Assembly: GCA_038087875.1 (NCBI GenBank)
Contig: CM075989.1
Coordinates: 5,146,001 to 5,210,000 of the forward strand
Length of the DNA stretch: 64,000 nucleotides
DNA from: Malacoraja senta
Lineage: Eukaryota
Direction: 5' to 3'
Made by a program: the position numbers and the translations under genes. Positions 12,331 to 25,287 of the stretch are shown one piece after another (within the stretch, counting starts at the first letter, position 1; each line of letters opens with the position of its first letter). The notes under the pieces were generated by a model. The model had not been told where the DNA came from. It was given only the letters and a program-made list of their open reading frames with translations, and searched no databases.

Positions 12331-13391
12331 TACGTTGGCGAATTCTTTGGTGAAGTCAAGTACAAATAGGTAGAGTCAACTTGCTGATCAACCCACAACC
12401 CATCTACAGTCGGGACAAAGCGCAGTAGTTGATTTACCCGTCAACTAACACATTTTTAGGATTTGGGCAAAAATAACTCAGTAATCCGCGCACATTAACC
12501 AGAAAATTTGCATCCTCTGCACTGTCAGAACTAAAGCGCAGCATCACACTTGGATGGTTTGAGCTCTGAGAGTGGTAGTATCGTTCAGATAATAATTAAA
12601 CAGAATATATAAACCAAAAATGTAACCATCAACTTTGATTTAAATGGCTTTTCTAACATAGCAACAATTCACAACAAAAACCTTAACAACCATGCGAGTA
12701 AAATTAATGCAGATCTACGTAAGGACAAGATAGGAAAGATGTCCAAATGCTTGGCTGAAGATTTTGTTTTTAAAGAGCTTATGGCAGGAAAATAAAGTAA
12801 AATGCTTTATAGAGAAGCAGCTTTGAAAAGGGAATGACAGAGCCTGGGGTTTTGTCAGCAGAAGGCAAACATTAAATTCTGGATAGTGCTCGAGGCATGA
12901 ATCGACATGTTGAAGGTGTGGAAGCAATAAAGAAAATGCTAATTCTGATCAAAGTGCACAGATGACAGCACCGTAGTGGACCGGATTCCAAACAATGACG
13001 AGGCGGAGTACAGGAAGGAGATTGAGAACCTCGCAAGCTGGTGCAAAGACAACAACCTCTCCCTCAATTTCCCCTCCCATTCCGAATCCGACCTTTCTGT
13101 CCTCGGCCTCCTCCATGGCCAGAGTAAGGACCACTGGCAATTGGAGGAGCAGCACTTCATATTTCGCTTGGGCAGTTTGTACCCCAGCGGTATGAACATT
13201 GACTTCTCCAATTTCAGGTAGCCCTTACTGTCTCCTCCCCTTCTCAGCTCTCCCTCAGCCATCTGGCTCATCCTCTTCCTTTCTTCTTCCCGCCCCCCCA
13301 CCCTACATCAGTCTGAAGAAAGGTTTTGGCCCGAAACTTTGCTATTTCCTTCGCTCCATAGATGCTGCCGCACCCGCTGAGTTTTTATCTA

Positions 13392-15006
13392 CAGTGGCTT
13401 GCAAAAGTATTCATACCCCTTGAACTTTTCCACATTTTGTCACGTTACAACCACAAACGTAAATGTATTTTATTGGGATTTTATGTGATAGACCAACACA
13501 AAGTGGCGCATAATTGTGAAGTGGAAGGAAAATGATACATGGTTTTCACATTTTTTTACAAATAAAAAACTGAAAAGTGTTGCGTGCAAAAGTATTCAGC
13601 CCCCTTTACTCTGATACCCCTAAATAAAATCCAGTGCAACCAATTACCTTCAGAAGTCACCTAATTAGTAAATAGAGTCCACTTGTGTGTAATCTAATCT
13701 CAGTATAAATACAGCTGTTCTGTGAAGGCCTCAGAGGTTTGTTAGAGAACATTAGTGAACAAACAGCATCATGAAGCCCAAGGAACACACCAGACAGGTC
13801 AGGGATAAAGTTGTGGAGAAGTTTAAAGCAGGGTTAGGTTATAAAAAATATCCCATGCTTTGAACATCTCACGGAGCACTGTTCAATCCATCATCCGAAA
13901 ATGGAAAGAGCATGGCACAACTGCAAACCTACCAAAACATGGCCGTCCACCTAAACAGACAGGCCGGGCAAGGAGAGCATTGATCAGAGAAGCAGCCAAG
14001 AGGCCCATGGTAACTCTGGAGGAGCTGCAGAGATCCACAGCTCAGGTGGGAGAATCTGTCCATATAACAACTATTAGTCTGCACTCCACAAATCGGGCCT
14101 TTATGGAAGAGTGGCAAGAAGAAAGCCATTGTTGAAAAAAAGCCATAAGAAGTCCCGTTTGCAGTTTGCCACAAGCCATGTGGGGGACACAGCAAACATG
14201 TGGAGGAAGGTGCTCTGGTCAGATGAGACCAAAATTGAAGTTTTTGGCCTAAATGCAAAACGCTATGTGTGGCGGAAACCTAACACTGCACATCACCCTG
14301 AACACACCATCCCCACTGTGAAACATGGTGGTGGCAGCATCATGCTGTGGGGGTGCTTTTCTTCAGCAGGGACAGGGAAGCTGGTCAGAGTTGATGGGAA
14401 GATGGATGGAGCCAAATACAGGGCAATCTTGGAAGAAAACCTGTTAGAGTCTGCAAAAGACTTGAGACTGGGGCGGAGGTTCACCTTTCAGCAGGACAAC
14501 GACCCTAAACATACAGCTAGAGCTACAATGGAATGGTTTAGATCAAAGCATATTCATGTGTTAGAATGGCCCAGTCAAAGTCCAGACCTAAATCCAATTG
14601 AGAATCTCTGGCAAGACTTGAAAATTGCTGTTCACAGACGCTCTCCATCCAATCTGACTGAGCTTGAGCTATTTTGCAAAGAAGAATGGGCAAAAATTTC
14701 AGTCTCTAGATGTGCAAAGCTGGTAGAGACATACCCCAAAAGACTTGCAGCTGTAATTGCAGCGAAAGGTGGTTCTACAAAGTATTGACTCAGGGGGGCT
14801 GAATACTTTTGCACGTGACACTTTTCAGTTTTTTATTTGTAAAAAAATTTGAAAACCATGTATCATTTTCCTTCCACTTCACAATTATGCACCACTTTGT
14901 GTTGGTCTATCACATAAAATCCCAATAAAATACATTTACGTTTGTGGTTGTAACGTGACAAAATGTGGAAAAGTTCAAGGGGTATGAATACTTTTGCAAG
15001 CCACTG
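13392..15006 (+). mobile_element. Full-length Tc1-family DNA transposon (Passport-like, IR-DR type)
   Basis: TA|CAGTGGCTTGCAAAAGTATTCATACCCC...GGGGTATGAATACTTTTGCAAGCCACTG|TA; ~213-bp TIRs (13392-13604, ~14794-15006), each with an inner TGCAAAAGTATTCAGCCCCC direct repeat. Confidence 0.97.
13771..14788 (+). pseudogene. Tc1 DD34E transposase with two frameshifts
   Basis: ATG 13771 MKPKEHTRQVRDKVVEKFKAGLGYKK, frameshift ~13845, LNISRSTVQSIIRKWK...GRPPK, frameshift ~14080, ARRKPLL...WSDETK...FQQDNDPKH...SPDLNPIENLW...KGGSTKY*; 34 residues between the second D and E. Confidence 0.95.
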
Positions 15007-15063
15007 TATCTTCGATTTTCCAGCATCTGCAGCTCCTTCTTAAACCTCTCCCTCAATGTCAGC

Positions 15064-15751
15064 CAAGAGCGGAACTCGCTATCAAAACATGGAGGGGACG
15101 GGACACAATTTTTTGGCAGCCACGAGCGTATGCGCACACTCACACACACGCGCGCGCGAGGCTTCGGAGGCTCAATCCAGCGCTAAATGCAGCTCAACAA
15201 TGCCTGTCTCACCGGGTTAACTACAGCCCTGTCTGGACTGATGGGACACCAGCGCTGTTTCTCCGCGCTGGCCATATTTCCCGCAAGTCCAGGAAGGGTT
15301 GTAAGCTCACCTGGCGGGACAGGCAGAGTTAGCTGGGTTTAGCGCTGCTTCTCTGCCCTGGCCCGTCTGATTCCCGACCAAAGATCCTATAGCGGAGGAT
15401 GTTTGCTCCCGACCTCTCCGGCCACCCGTGGGAGGGGGGGGGCACTCGGGAGGGGACAGGACAACGCCGGAGACCCGGCCGGGATCGATCCTGCCTGCGG
15501 ATGAGGCGCAAGTCTGTGCCACGTCTCCCTCCTCCAATCATCGCGCTGAATCATGTCCTGCCCCCATTGCCTGCTGACCGACGTCTCTCTCGTCCAATCA
15601 GCGCCCTCGATCATCAGTCCCACCCCCACTGTGTCGCGGAAAGCGGGGATTTTAAAATCCGGATCACAAAAACTTGGGGGGGGATGTCCCCCACCTCTCA
15701 AAACATGGAGGGGACGTGTCCCCTCTGGCCCCCCCGGGTTTTCCGCCCCTG
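15064..15751. mobile_element. hAT-type non-autonomous element
   Basis: 8-bp TSD atgtcagc (15056-15063, 15752-15759); imperfect TIRs CAAGAGCGGAAC / TTTCCGCCCCTG; subterminal direct repeat tcaaaacatggaggggacg at both ends. Confidence 0.8.
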
Positions 15752-17314
15752 ATGTCAGCAAGGCAAAGGAGATTGTAATTGATTTCAGAAAGCAAAGCAA
15801 TACGCACAGCCATTGATGGTGCCGAGGTAGAGATGGTTGAAAGCTTCAAGTGCTAAGGAATAAATATCAGCAGCAATTTGTGCTGGACCAGTCACATCAA
15901 AGTTATGGCCAAGAAGGCACACTAATGCCTCTACTTCCTTAGAAGGCTTTAAATGGATTGATTGTAATCATGTATTGTCGTTTTGCTGACTCGTTAGCGC
16001 CCAACAAAAACCTTTTCACTGTACCTCGGTACACATGACGATAAACTAAACTGAAGACTGAGGAAGTTCAGCATGTCCCCAACAACCCTCACCAACTTCT
16101 ACAGGTGCGCCGTTGGAAGCACTTTATCAGGATGCGTCACAGCATGGTTTGGGAACAGCTTCACCCGAGACCGCAAGAAGTTGCGGAGAGGTATGCACGC
16201 AACCCAGACCATCGCGCAAACCCAAACCTCCCTTCCATCTACTCCATCTACACTTCACGCTGCCTCGGCAAGGCTACCAGCATAATCAAACACCTAGTCA
16301 ATCCCTCTCCTCCCCTCTCCTATCAAGCAAGAGGTACAAAAGTTTGAAAACGCAGACCTCCAGATTCCGGGAGAGTTTCCTCCCAGCTATTACAAGCAAC
16401 TGAACTGTCCTCTCGCCAGCCAGAGTGCCGTCCTAACCTCCCATCTACCTCAAAACTATCTTTATTCGGACTTTATTGGACCTTAGAAACATTGAACATG
16501 GAAAAAAATAGGTGCAGGAGTACGCCATTAGGCCCTTCGAGCCAGCACCACCATTCAATATGATCATGGCTGATCATCTAAAATCAGTTCCCTGTTCCTG
16601 CATTTCTCCCATATCCTTTGACTTATCTTACACCAGTTATTATACCCTTTATCCTTTATCTATACACTATGGACGGCTTGATTATAATCATGTATAGTTT
16701 TTACTTTGACTGGATAGCATGCAACAACTGTCGGTAGACACAAAATGCTGAAGTAACTCAGCAGGGCAGGCAGCATCTCTGGAGAGAAGAAATGGGTGAT
16801 GTTTTTCAGCTTTGCACTGTACCTCAGCACACATGACAATAATAAACTAAACGAATCCAAATCTAAACTAAAAAGTACTCCTCAAATTCTATTGTAGACA
16901 AAAATGCTGGAGAAACTCAACGGGTGAGGCAGCATTTATGGAGCGAAGGAATGGGCGACGTTTCGAGTCGAGACCCTTCTTCAATTCTAATAATATTTCT
17001 CGTTTACATTATGCATTCCAGTACCTCCAAGGACGACCCATCAAGTAAAACGTCAAGCAAAATAGTGAATCCTCTCAACCATTTCACCACGTGGTTTTCT
17101 GGTCTTTGTTTCAGTATACTTCCAGAAAGAATGCCGACACTGGTACCTCACACAAGCATGACAATGGGTTCGATTGCACTTGTCCTGGCCCACATCATCC
17201 TGGTTGACTCTATGTTAGCCCCAGCAGCAGCACTAACCATAATTGTTTGCACATCTCCTTAGTATATCAGTCATGCAAATCCTTTCACATAAAGTACCAT
17301 TTTCTTAATACATT

Positions 17315-17481
17315 GTTTAAGAAGGAACTGCAGATGCTGGAAAATCGAAGGTAGACAAAAGTGCTGGAGAAACTCAGCGGGTGCGGCAGCATCTTTGGAG
17401 CGAATGAAATAGGCGACGTTTCGGGCCGAAACCCTTCTTCAGTCTGAAGAAGGGTTTCGGCCTGAAACGTTGCCTATTTTC
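17315..17481. mobile_element. Penelope-derived inverted unit with hammerhead-like core
   Basis: ...gaaacccttcttcag|t|ctgaagaagggtttcggcctgaaacgtt...; flanked by repeated ttttcttaataca. Confidence 0.75.
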
Positions 17482-18084
17482 TTAATACAATTGGGTTAGT
17501 TGTGTCATCATAAAATGATACAACGAGGGGTGAGGCAAATGAAAAAGGATCTAATTGAAACCTAAAACATATTGACAATGCCAGCAAGCCTGCATATAAG
17601 GTATGTGTTGTCTTTAGCTGAGAGTGGAGAGTCTAGAATCGGGGGTTCACAGTCTTGGGTCACAGAACAAGATAATTAGGATTAAACTGAGGAGAAATTT
17701 CTCCACTCAATAGTTGGGGAACCTGTTCAATTTATAGGTCTTGACCCGAATCGTCACCCATTCCTTTCTCCAGAGATGTTGCCTGTCCCGTTGAGTTACT
17801 CCAGCATTTTGTGTCTACTTTCTGTTCAATTTATTACCACAGATGACTGTTGAGGCCAACTTACTGAATATTTCAAAGGAACCAGATACACTTTTAAAGC
17901 TATTAAAGACATAGAGAGAGAGCAAGGCTACGATACTGAGATAGATGATCAGCCATTGTTGGATGGAATGCTGGAGCAAACTCAATGAGATAAACGGCCT
18001 CTGACTAACATTGTCTATGTTTCCGTGATTCGAAAGACATAAATAATTTTAAAACTGTTCAAATAATTTCACATAAAGGGATTT

Positions 18085-18406
18085 GGGTAGCACAGTGGCG
18101 CAGCGGTAGAGTTGCTGCCTTACAGCAGCAATGAACTAGGTTCGATCCTGACCACGGGAGCTGTCTGTATGGAGTTTGTATATATGTTCTCCCTGTGACC
18201 ACGTGGGTTTTCCCCGGGTGCTCCAGTTTCCTCACACACTCCAAAGACGTACAGATTTGTAGGTTAATTGGCTTTGGTAAAAATTGTAAATTATCCCTAG
18301 TGTGTAGGATAATGCTAGTGTACGGGGTGAATGTTGGTCGGCAAGGACTTTGTAGGCTGGGGGGTCTGATTCCACGCTGTATGTCTAAACTAAAAACTAA
18401 ACTAAA
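18085..18406 (+). mobile_element. tRNA-derived V-SINE (HE1-like)
   Basis: A box (tggcgcagcggtag), B box (ggttcgatcc), V-domain (ggagtttg..gttctccc.gtgacc.cgtgggtttt.ccgggtgctcc.gtttcctc.caca), CR1-type tail, (TAAAC)n end. Confidence 0.9.
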
Positions 18407-19640
18407 TTTAACAGTCATACATTAATTAAAAAATATAATTGTTAATTAAAAAAAAAAAAAATACTCATCTTCAGTGCCTTTCACAGTGAAGGTCCACTGT
18501 CTCATTCATATGAATGATGCCATTCTGGATGTGGTCTGAAGGCGGGTTCCAGCCTGAAATATTATCTGTCCATTTCCCTCGGTTGGTGCTGCCGAACCCA
18601 CTGCGTTCCTCCAGCGCTTTGAATTTTACTGAAGATTCCAACACCTGCAGAGTCTTGCATGGCCCTTCGGGAAATGTTGGCAATGGGTGGAATTATGCTG
18701 AGGGGCCAGATAAGAAGTGCACCTGACCTGTTAGTGGGCAACAGTACCTCTGGCTCCTTGGATGGATCTGCCAGTGAGTTGGACTTACTCTAGACTTCCA
18801 TGTTGCAATGAACAGATGTGTAAGTCCAGAGTGCATTGACATGTGCACCACATCTCACTAATGGAAATATTAACTAGCTAAGTCATATGAGCAGAATTAG
18901 GCCATTTGGCCCATCAGGTCTACTCCCCCATTCAATCATGCCTAATCTCTATTTCCCTCTCAACCCCATTCTCCTGCCTTCTCCCCATAACCCCTGACAC
19001 CCTTCCAAATCATAAACAATAAGTCAATCTCTGCCTTAAAGATACCAAATTAATTGGCCTCCACAGCCATCTGTGGCAATGAATTCCACAGATTCACCAT
19101 CCTCTGACTAAAGAAATTCCTCCTCATTTCCTTCTGAGTCTATGGCCTCTGGTCCTAGACTCTCCTGCCAGTGGCAACCTCCTCTCCACATCCACTCTAT
19201 CCAGACCTTTCACTATTCAGTAAGTTTCAATCAGCTCCCTCTTCATCCTTCTAAACCCCACCGAATACAGGCCCAGTGCCGTCAACCACTCATCATACCT
19301 TAACCCAATCATCGCTGGGATTATTCTCTGGTTCTGGTTGATTTTAAAAAAATGTAAACACATTGAAGCTATGTAAGAAATCTGTAATTAAATTGTCGCT
19401 TACTATTATTTGTATACATGCTTCTAATAAAAATATTTACAAAAAATAAAAATAAAAAATAAATAAAAAAAGAAGACTGTGCTGAGTTTTAGAAAATTAA
19501 TATAGATCGCTGAAAGTGGTGCCTTAGGGTGATGAAGGAGGCTTTTGCCACACTGGCTATCAGTGAGGGCACTGAATATAGAAGTAGGGATGTTATGTTA
19601 CAGTTGTACAAGGCATTGGTTCAGGCACACTTGGAATATT

Positions 19641-19948
19641 TAGTTTTGTTTAGAGTTACAGCATGGAAACAGGCCCTTCGGCCCACCGTGTCCATGCTGA
19701 ACAGCGATCACCTGTACACTAGTTGTACCCTACACACTAGGGCCAATTTACAATCTACAGAAGCCAGCTCACCTACAAACCTGCACGTCTTTGGAAAGTG
19801 GGAGGAAACTGGAGCACCCGGGGAAAACCCACACGGTCACAGGGAGTACTTACAAACTCCGTACAGACAGCACTAGCAGTCGGGATTGAACCCAGGTTTC
19901 TGGTGCTGTAAGGCAGCAACTCTACCGCTACGCCACTGTGCCACCCAA
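19641..19948 (-). mobile_element. V-SINE (HE1-like) inserted in an old CR1 fragment (~19520-21060)
   Basis: Reverse complement of the same SINE; CR1 ORF2-like sequence (DVMLQLYKALVQAHLEY) flanks it. Confidence 0.85.
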
Positions 19949-20282
19949 GTTTTGGACATCCATTCATAGGAGAGATGAATAAAGCTAGAAATAGTGCAGA
20001 AAGGACTTTGGAGGGTTTCCATTATTTTGAGGGGGTGAATTATATCAAGAGGTTGGGTTGGCATTATTCCTTGGAGCAGAGAAGACTGAGGAGGTGATCA
20101 TATACAGGTGAAGTAGATCATGAGGGTATAGATTGGGTCAACACACACGGTCTTTTTCCCAGGTTTGGGTATTTAAGAAGTAGAGGGCATGAGATAAGCT
20201 GGGCAAGATTTAATAGGTACCTGAGAGTGAACCTTTGCACTCAAGAGGGTTGTGGGTATATGAATGAGCTGCCAGTGGCTAA

Positions 20283-20857
20283 TGGGCCTGTCCCACTTAG
20301 GCGATTTTTTCAGCGACTGCTGGCGACTGTCATAGTCGCAGCAAGTCGCCGAAAAAACAGCGACTGGACCCCCCTGCGACAATGTCCACGGCAATGTCTA
20401 CAACAACTGACTTCCTCGTCAACGTCAAGCTACGGCAAGCTACCGACCATCGGTGACCCATAGGACGTCCACCTACGACCACACCTGCGACATCCTACGT
20501 CCACCCGTGACAAGCTACGACAAGGTAAGACAATTCAGTCGGCAGCACCTGTTGCCGGTTGACGTAAGTTGACGTAGGTAGTCGCCAATGGAATTCACCA
20601 AAGTCAGCACCGGTGACCACCTACGTCATCCTGGCGACAGCACCTACGTCATCCTGGCTACGATCGTTGGCATCAAGCACACGGGCGCCGACTGTTGCCG
20701 AAAAGTTTTGAACATTTCAAAATCCAGCGGGGCCTAGAATAAAGGTACGACTCTTTGGGTGACTGAGGAGACCATGCAGGCGACACCCCGGCAACCATGT
20801 GGAGACAGCCTAGTCGCCTGTAGTCGCCTAAAAAATCGCCTAAGTGGGACAGGGGCA
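20283..20857. mobile_element. PIF/Harbinger-type MITE
   Basis: TAA|TGGGCCTGTCCCACTTAGGCGATTTTT...AAAAATCGCCTAAGTGGGACAGGGGCA|TAA; perfect TAA TSD. Confidence 0.9.
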
Positions 20858-21780
20858 TAAGGAAGGAAATTTAAGGGAAATTTAACATTTAAAGTTAAAT
20901 TTAACATTTAAGGGAAATTTGGACGGGCACAGGGATCAGAAACGTATTGAGGAGCGTAGGACCAACAAGAACAACTGGATGTGTGTAGACGGGCATTTCT
21001 GTCAGCGTGGATCAATTGAAACAAAGGGCATATTTCAGTGCTATATAATTTCTGTGGCTCTAAAAGGTGCTAAACTTTAATTAAAGTAATACTTTTATGT
21101 ATTTAGTTTAATGTGGTAAATGAATAATTTTATAGATGTTTAGATCAAAAGTCAGTAAGATAAAATTCTTTGAAAGGTTTAGATAAAGTGTCAGCGGTTT
21201 TTATATATCGTAGATGTATTTCATTCTTTTGTTTGCCACGGTTGATGTTGCTAGTTTATCATTTAATCTATTGCAGTTTGGATAATAAAATTTTCAGTAT
21301 TTGCATTGCATTGTCAACGTGGCATAATGGGGAAACAAGGAAGTGATGACAAGTCTTTGACTCTTTGACCTTGTTTCTATCTCCAAGTTCCCAATGTTTT
21401 GGGGAAGTCCAGAACCAGGGGCCACAGTCTAAGAATAAAGGGGTAGGCCATTTAAAACTAAGATGAGAAAAAACCTTTTCGCCCAGAGAGTTGTGAATTT
21501 GTGGAATTCTCTGCCACAGAAGGCAGGAGAGGCCAACTCACTGGATAAATTTAAAAGAGAGATAGATAGAGCTCTGGGGGCTAATGGAATCAAGGGATAT
21601 GGGGAGAAGGCAGGCACGGGTTACTGATTGTGGATGATCAGCCATGATCACAATGAATAGCGGTGCGGGCTCGAAGGGCCAAATGGCCTCCTCCTGCACC
21701 TATTTTCTATGTTCTATCCAGCCTGTTCTGCAGGACATTTACATTGTATACATTTTATATCAGATTTTCAGAACCAACAA

Positions 21781-22100
21781 GGGTGGCACGGTGACGCAGC
21801 GGTAGAGTTGTTGCCTTACAGTGCCAGAGAAACAGGTTAGATCCTGTCTACAGGGCTGTCTGTACGCAGTTTGTACGTTCTCCCTGTGACCACGTGGGTT
21901 TTCTCCGGGAGCTTCGGTTTCCTCCCACACTCCAAACACGTGCAGGTTTGCAGGTTAATTGGCCTTGGTAAAAATGTAACTTGTCCCTTTTGTGTGTAGG
22001 ATAGTACTAGTGTACAGGGATCGCTGATCGGCATGGACTTGGTGGGCCGAAGGGCCTGTTTCCACGCTGCATCTCCAAACTAAACGAAACTAAGCTAAAC
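21781..22100 (+). mobile_element. V-SINE (HE1-like), full length; a second copy in opposite orientation at ~22160-22403
   Basis: A/B boxes, V-domain, gggccgaagggcctgtttcc tail, (TAAAC)n. Confidence 0.9.
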
Positions 22101-22685
22101 CTACATCGTCTTACTTGAGGTTGGTGAAGATTAATGCGGAGAAATGTGGCAATGCACACCAGCGATCCCCGCACATTAACGCTACCCTACACACACTTGG
22201 GATATTTTTTACATTCATACCAAGCCAATTAACCTACCAACCCGTACACTATTGGAATGTGGGAGGAAACAGATCTTGGCGAAAACCCACGCAGGTCACG
22301 TGGAGAACGTACAAATTCCGTACAGACAAGCACCCGTATTCCGGATCGAAACCGGGTCTCTGGCGCTGTAAGGCAGCAACTCTACCGCTGCGCCACCGTG
22401 CCGCTCTCACGGTCTCGGGAGGATTGAAAGGAGATTTACCTGGAGACACAGGCGTTGAAATTTGCCTGCTTTTGTAGGGCTGCACATTCTTCCTAGTTGA
22501 TTATTAAAAGGGGTGGTGGGGTGGAAGTACACATACGTCTCCCCCCTCTATCTCTGAGCATGCCAAGGGCAGACCCACTGAACGGTCAATCAGCTCCATT
22601 GCAGCGCCTCACCGCCTCACCGCCTCACCCTCATAGCACCAATTGGCACCATCTGTACAGGCAGCGAGTTCCCAAAGGCAGCACA

Positions 22686-23600
22686 TTTTAAAAAATTTCA
22701 AAATAGACTTTATTCAAGTATGTACAATACATGTACAGTGCAATAAACTCCATCCGACATTCACGGAGGTTATACATACATTCAATACATTTTACCCAAA
22801 CACAATTTACCCCACACCCTTGCCACTCATGTGGCCCACTGGCGTGAAATCCCTTCCCTTATTTTGAGGGGGGTCTCCACCACACCATGCCCCCCAATGT
22901 CCAGCAGCGGAAGGACCCTAGACTGTTTTTTAAAATCCAAAAATAATTTAAATCAACTATTTACAATAATACAAACAAACCCACCGCCAAAATACAAAAT
23001 AAAAAAATATTCTTCAATACTAAATCACTATTTCCCTATCTTTATTGAGGATACATTCCCAACGGTCCCGGAAATCCCCCAGAGCGTAGTCCATTTCAGA
23101 AACTACCCGGGCACGGACGTAACCCCGGAAAAGGGGCAGGTAGCCGGTTCGGGCAGAGCCCGCTTCCACCTGGCGCCGTGACTCGCAGATGGCCAGCTTG
23201 GCCAGGCCTAGGAGCAACCCAACCAGGACATCTTCGGCCCCACCCTCTCCCCTACGCACAGGGGTGTCCAAAGATGAGGGTGGTGGGTGAAAAATGCAGC
23301 CAGAAGGCAAGGAACAGCCCCTTCAGGTATTGGAACAGGGGCTGCAGCCTCACACACTCCACGTACATGTGGAACACAGACTCGTCCAGCCCGCAAAAAT
23401 GGCAGGCGGCTGGCGAAGGACCTGAGACTGTGATTCTCCCCCACAGGGCCTTGGCGTTGGCTGCACCGAGCTTCAGTGTATCCCTCAGCACGTACTTCTG
23501 CAGTCTGGAGCGGGCCAGTCGGCAACACTCCCCGACGGACATCTTGCTCTGCTGGCCAAAGGCTGCACAAGCTCCTTCGGGCAAGGCAGTCTGAAGAGAG
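22686..23600 (-). mobile_element. Two nested L1/Tx1-clade LINE 3' fragments
   Basis: Minus-strand ORFs with a zinc knuckle CHFCGLDESVFHMYVECVRLQPLF and LLLGLAKLAI...LFRGYVRARV; two separate A-rich tails (~22686 and ~22927). Confidence 0.75.
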
Positions 23601-24792
23601 ATTTATAGAAGCATTTAACAATGGGGTTTGACAACATGACACAAACAAATTATTTTACTGGCAGGAGGATTCTGAAACCCATTCATAAGATCATAAGGTC
23701 ATAAGGGATAGGAGTAGAATTAGGCCATTTGGCCCATCAAGTCTGCTCCGCCATTCAATCATGGCTGATCTATCTCTCCGTCCTAACCCCATTCTTTTGC
23801 CTTCTCCCCATAACCTCTGACACCCGTGCTAATCACGAATCTATCTGTCTCTACCTTAAAAATATCCACTGACGGCCTCCACAGCCTTCTGTGGCAAAGA
23901 ATTCCACAGATTCACCACTCCATCATATAGGATTGTTTAAATTCTTTTGATTTTGGTATCTTTATGTGGGTATAAAATATGAAATTGCAACTGTTCTGAG
24001 CATTTGATTCTATTATAATTTATTGCCAGATAAAGGAGCTGGCAGCCTGAAGCAAACTTAACTCCTATGTAGCGAATGAAGATGCATAAATGCAAAAAGC
24101 CAACAGTGACTAAAGCAGATCACAAGGGGATGCTGTGGTCACATTACTAAGCATTTGCACGGCCACATATAGTCGGCTGTAAAGAAAAGGGAAGCTAAAT
24201 ACACAAAACTGAGCCATTCCTACTTCATGAAAGAGAAGATGTACCAAACCTTGAAGTTTGGGCCCCCCCCCCCAAAAAAAAAGAGGTTTAAAAGGTGAAC
24301 TTTGGTGCATTCTCCATTTCAGTGTTAGTGGAGCTAAACAGGTTGGCTGTGACATACAAAGGGCTGGAGTAACGCAGTGGGTCAGGCAGCATCCCAGGAG
24401 AACATGGATTGGAGACGTTTTGGGTCGGGACCCTTCTTCAAACTGATTGTAGGGGTGGGGTGGAGGGAAAGAAAGCTGGAAGAGATGCAGGACAAAAACA
24501 TGATGAACACTGGTAGGGTTGGTTTTTGATAGGCTGATGATAGGCAGATGATTGGATGAAAAACAGAAGGTGTTATACGAAAGGATCGATGAGTTGCGAA
24601 TTGTGAAGCCAGAGGAAGGAATGGAGGGGGAGGGGGAGGGAGAGGGAGAGGAGCAAGTCCAAGTGGACCCAGGGGAGTGAGTGGAGATGGTGACAAAGCC
24701 AGACATAGAGTGGGAGAGGAGTGAGGGGGGTCAGGAAACATCAACTATCTGCACATCAAGGTTTGCCCAGTGACAGAACAACGAGAAAGAGC

Positions 24793-25244
24793 GGGGCGGC
24801 ACGGTGGTGCAGTGGTAGAGTTGCTGCCTTACAGCACCAGAGACCCAGGTTCGATCCTGACTAGGGGTACTGTCTGTATGCAGTTTGTACATTCTCCTCG
24901 TGACCTGCGTGAGTTTTCTCCGGGTGCTCTGGTTTCCTTCCACATGCCAAAGACCTTTGTAGGTTAGTGTTTAAGAAGGAACTGCAGATGCTGGAAAATC
25001 GAAGGTACACAAAAATGCTGGAGAAACTCAGCGGGTGCAGTAAGGTACACAAAAACACATAGATGCTGCTGCACCCGCTGAGTTTCTCCAGCATTTTTGT
25101 GTACCTTTGTAGGTTAATTGGCTTCTATAAATTGTTCCCGGTGTGTAGGATAGAACTAGTGTATGGGTGATCGTTGGTCGGCGTGGACTCGGTGGGATGA
25201 TGTGCCTGTTTCCACACTGTATCTCTAAACTAAACTAAACTAAA
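24793..25244 (+). mobile_element. V-SINE (HE1-like) interrupted by a Penelope-derived inverted unit (24968-25105)
   Basis: acctttgtaggtta duplicated around the insert; SINE resumes afterwards. Confidence 0.85.
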
Positions 25245-25287
25245 CCGTCTTGGTGCTTATACGTTGTGGGTGAGAGATACATCTAAT

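Larger units (their letters stand above)
13069..15042 (+). mobile_element. Penelope-like element 3' fragment (GIY-YIG C-terminus + tail), interrupted by Tc1
   Basis: Encodes FPSHSESDLSVLGLLHGQ...LEEQHFIFRLGSLYPSGMNIDFSNFR; flanked by the 15-bp direct repeat aacctctccctcaat (13054-13068, 15043-15057). Confidence 0.85.
12945..16860 (+). mobile_element. Rex1/Babar LINE 3' portion split by nested insertions
   Basis: DDSTVV..I.NNDEAEYRKEIENLASWCKDNNLSLN (12960-13068) resumes at 15043-15063 and 15752 (VSKAKEIVIDFRK), then LTNFYRCAVGSTLSGCVTAWFGN (16073+), with tail tgtacctcagcacacatgacaataa at ~16820-16845. Confidence 0.8.

Noticed and set aside
21781..21850. tRNA-like sequences with A/B boxes
   Set aside because: Heads of V-SINEs, always followed by the V-domain; not standalone tRNA genes.
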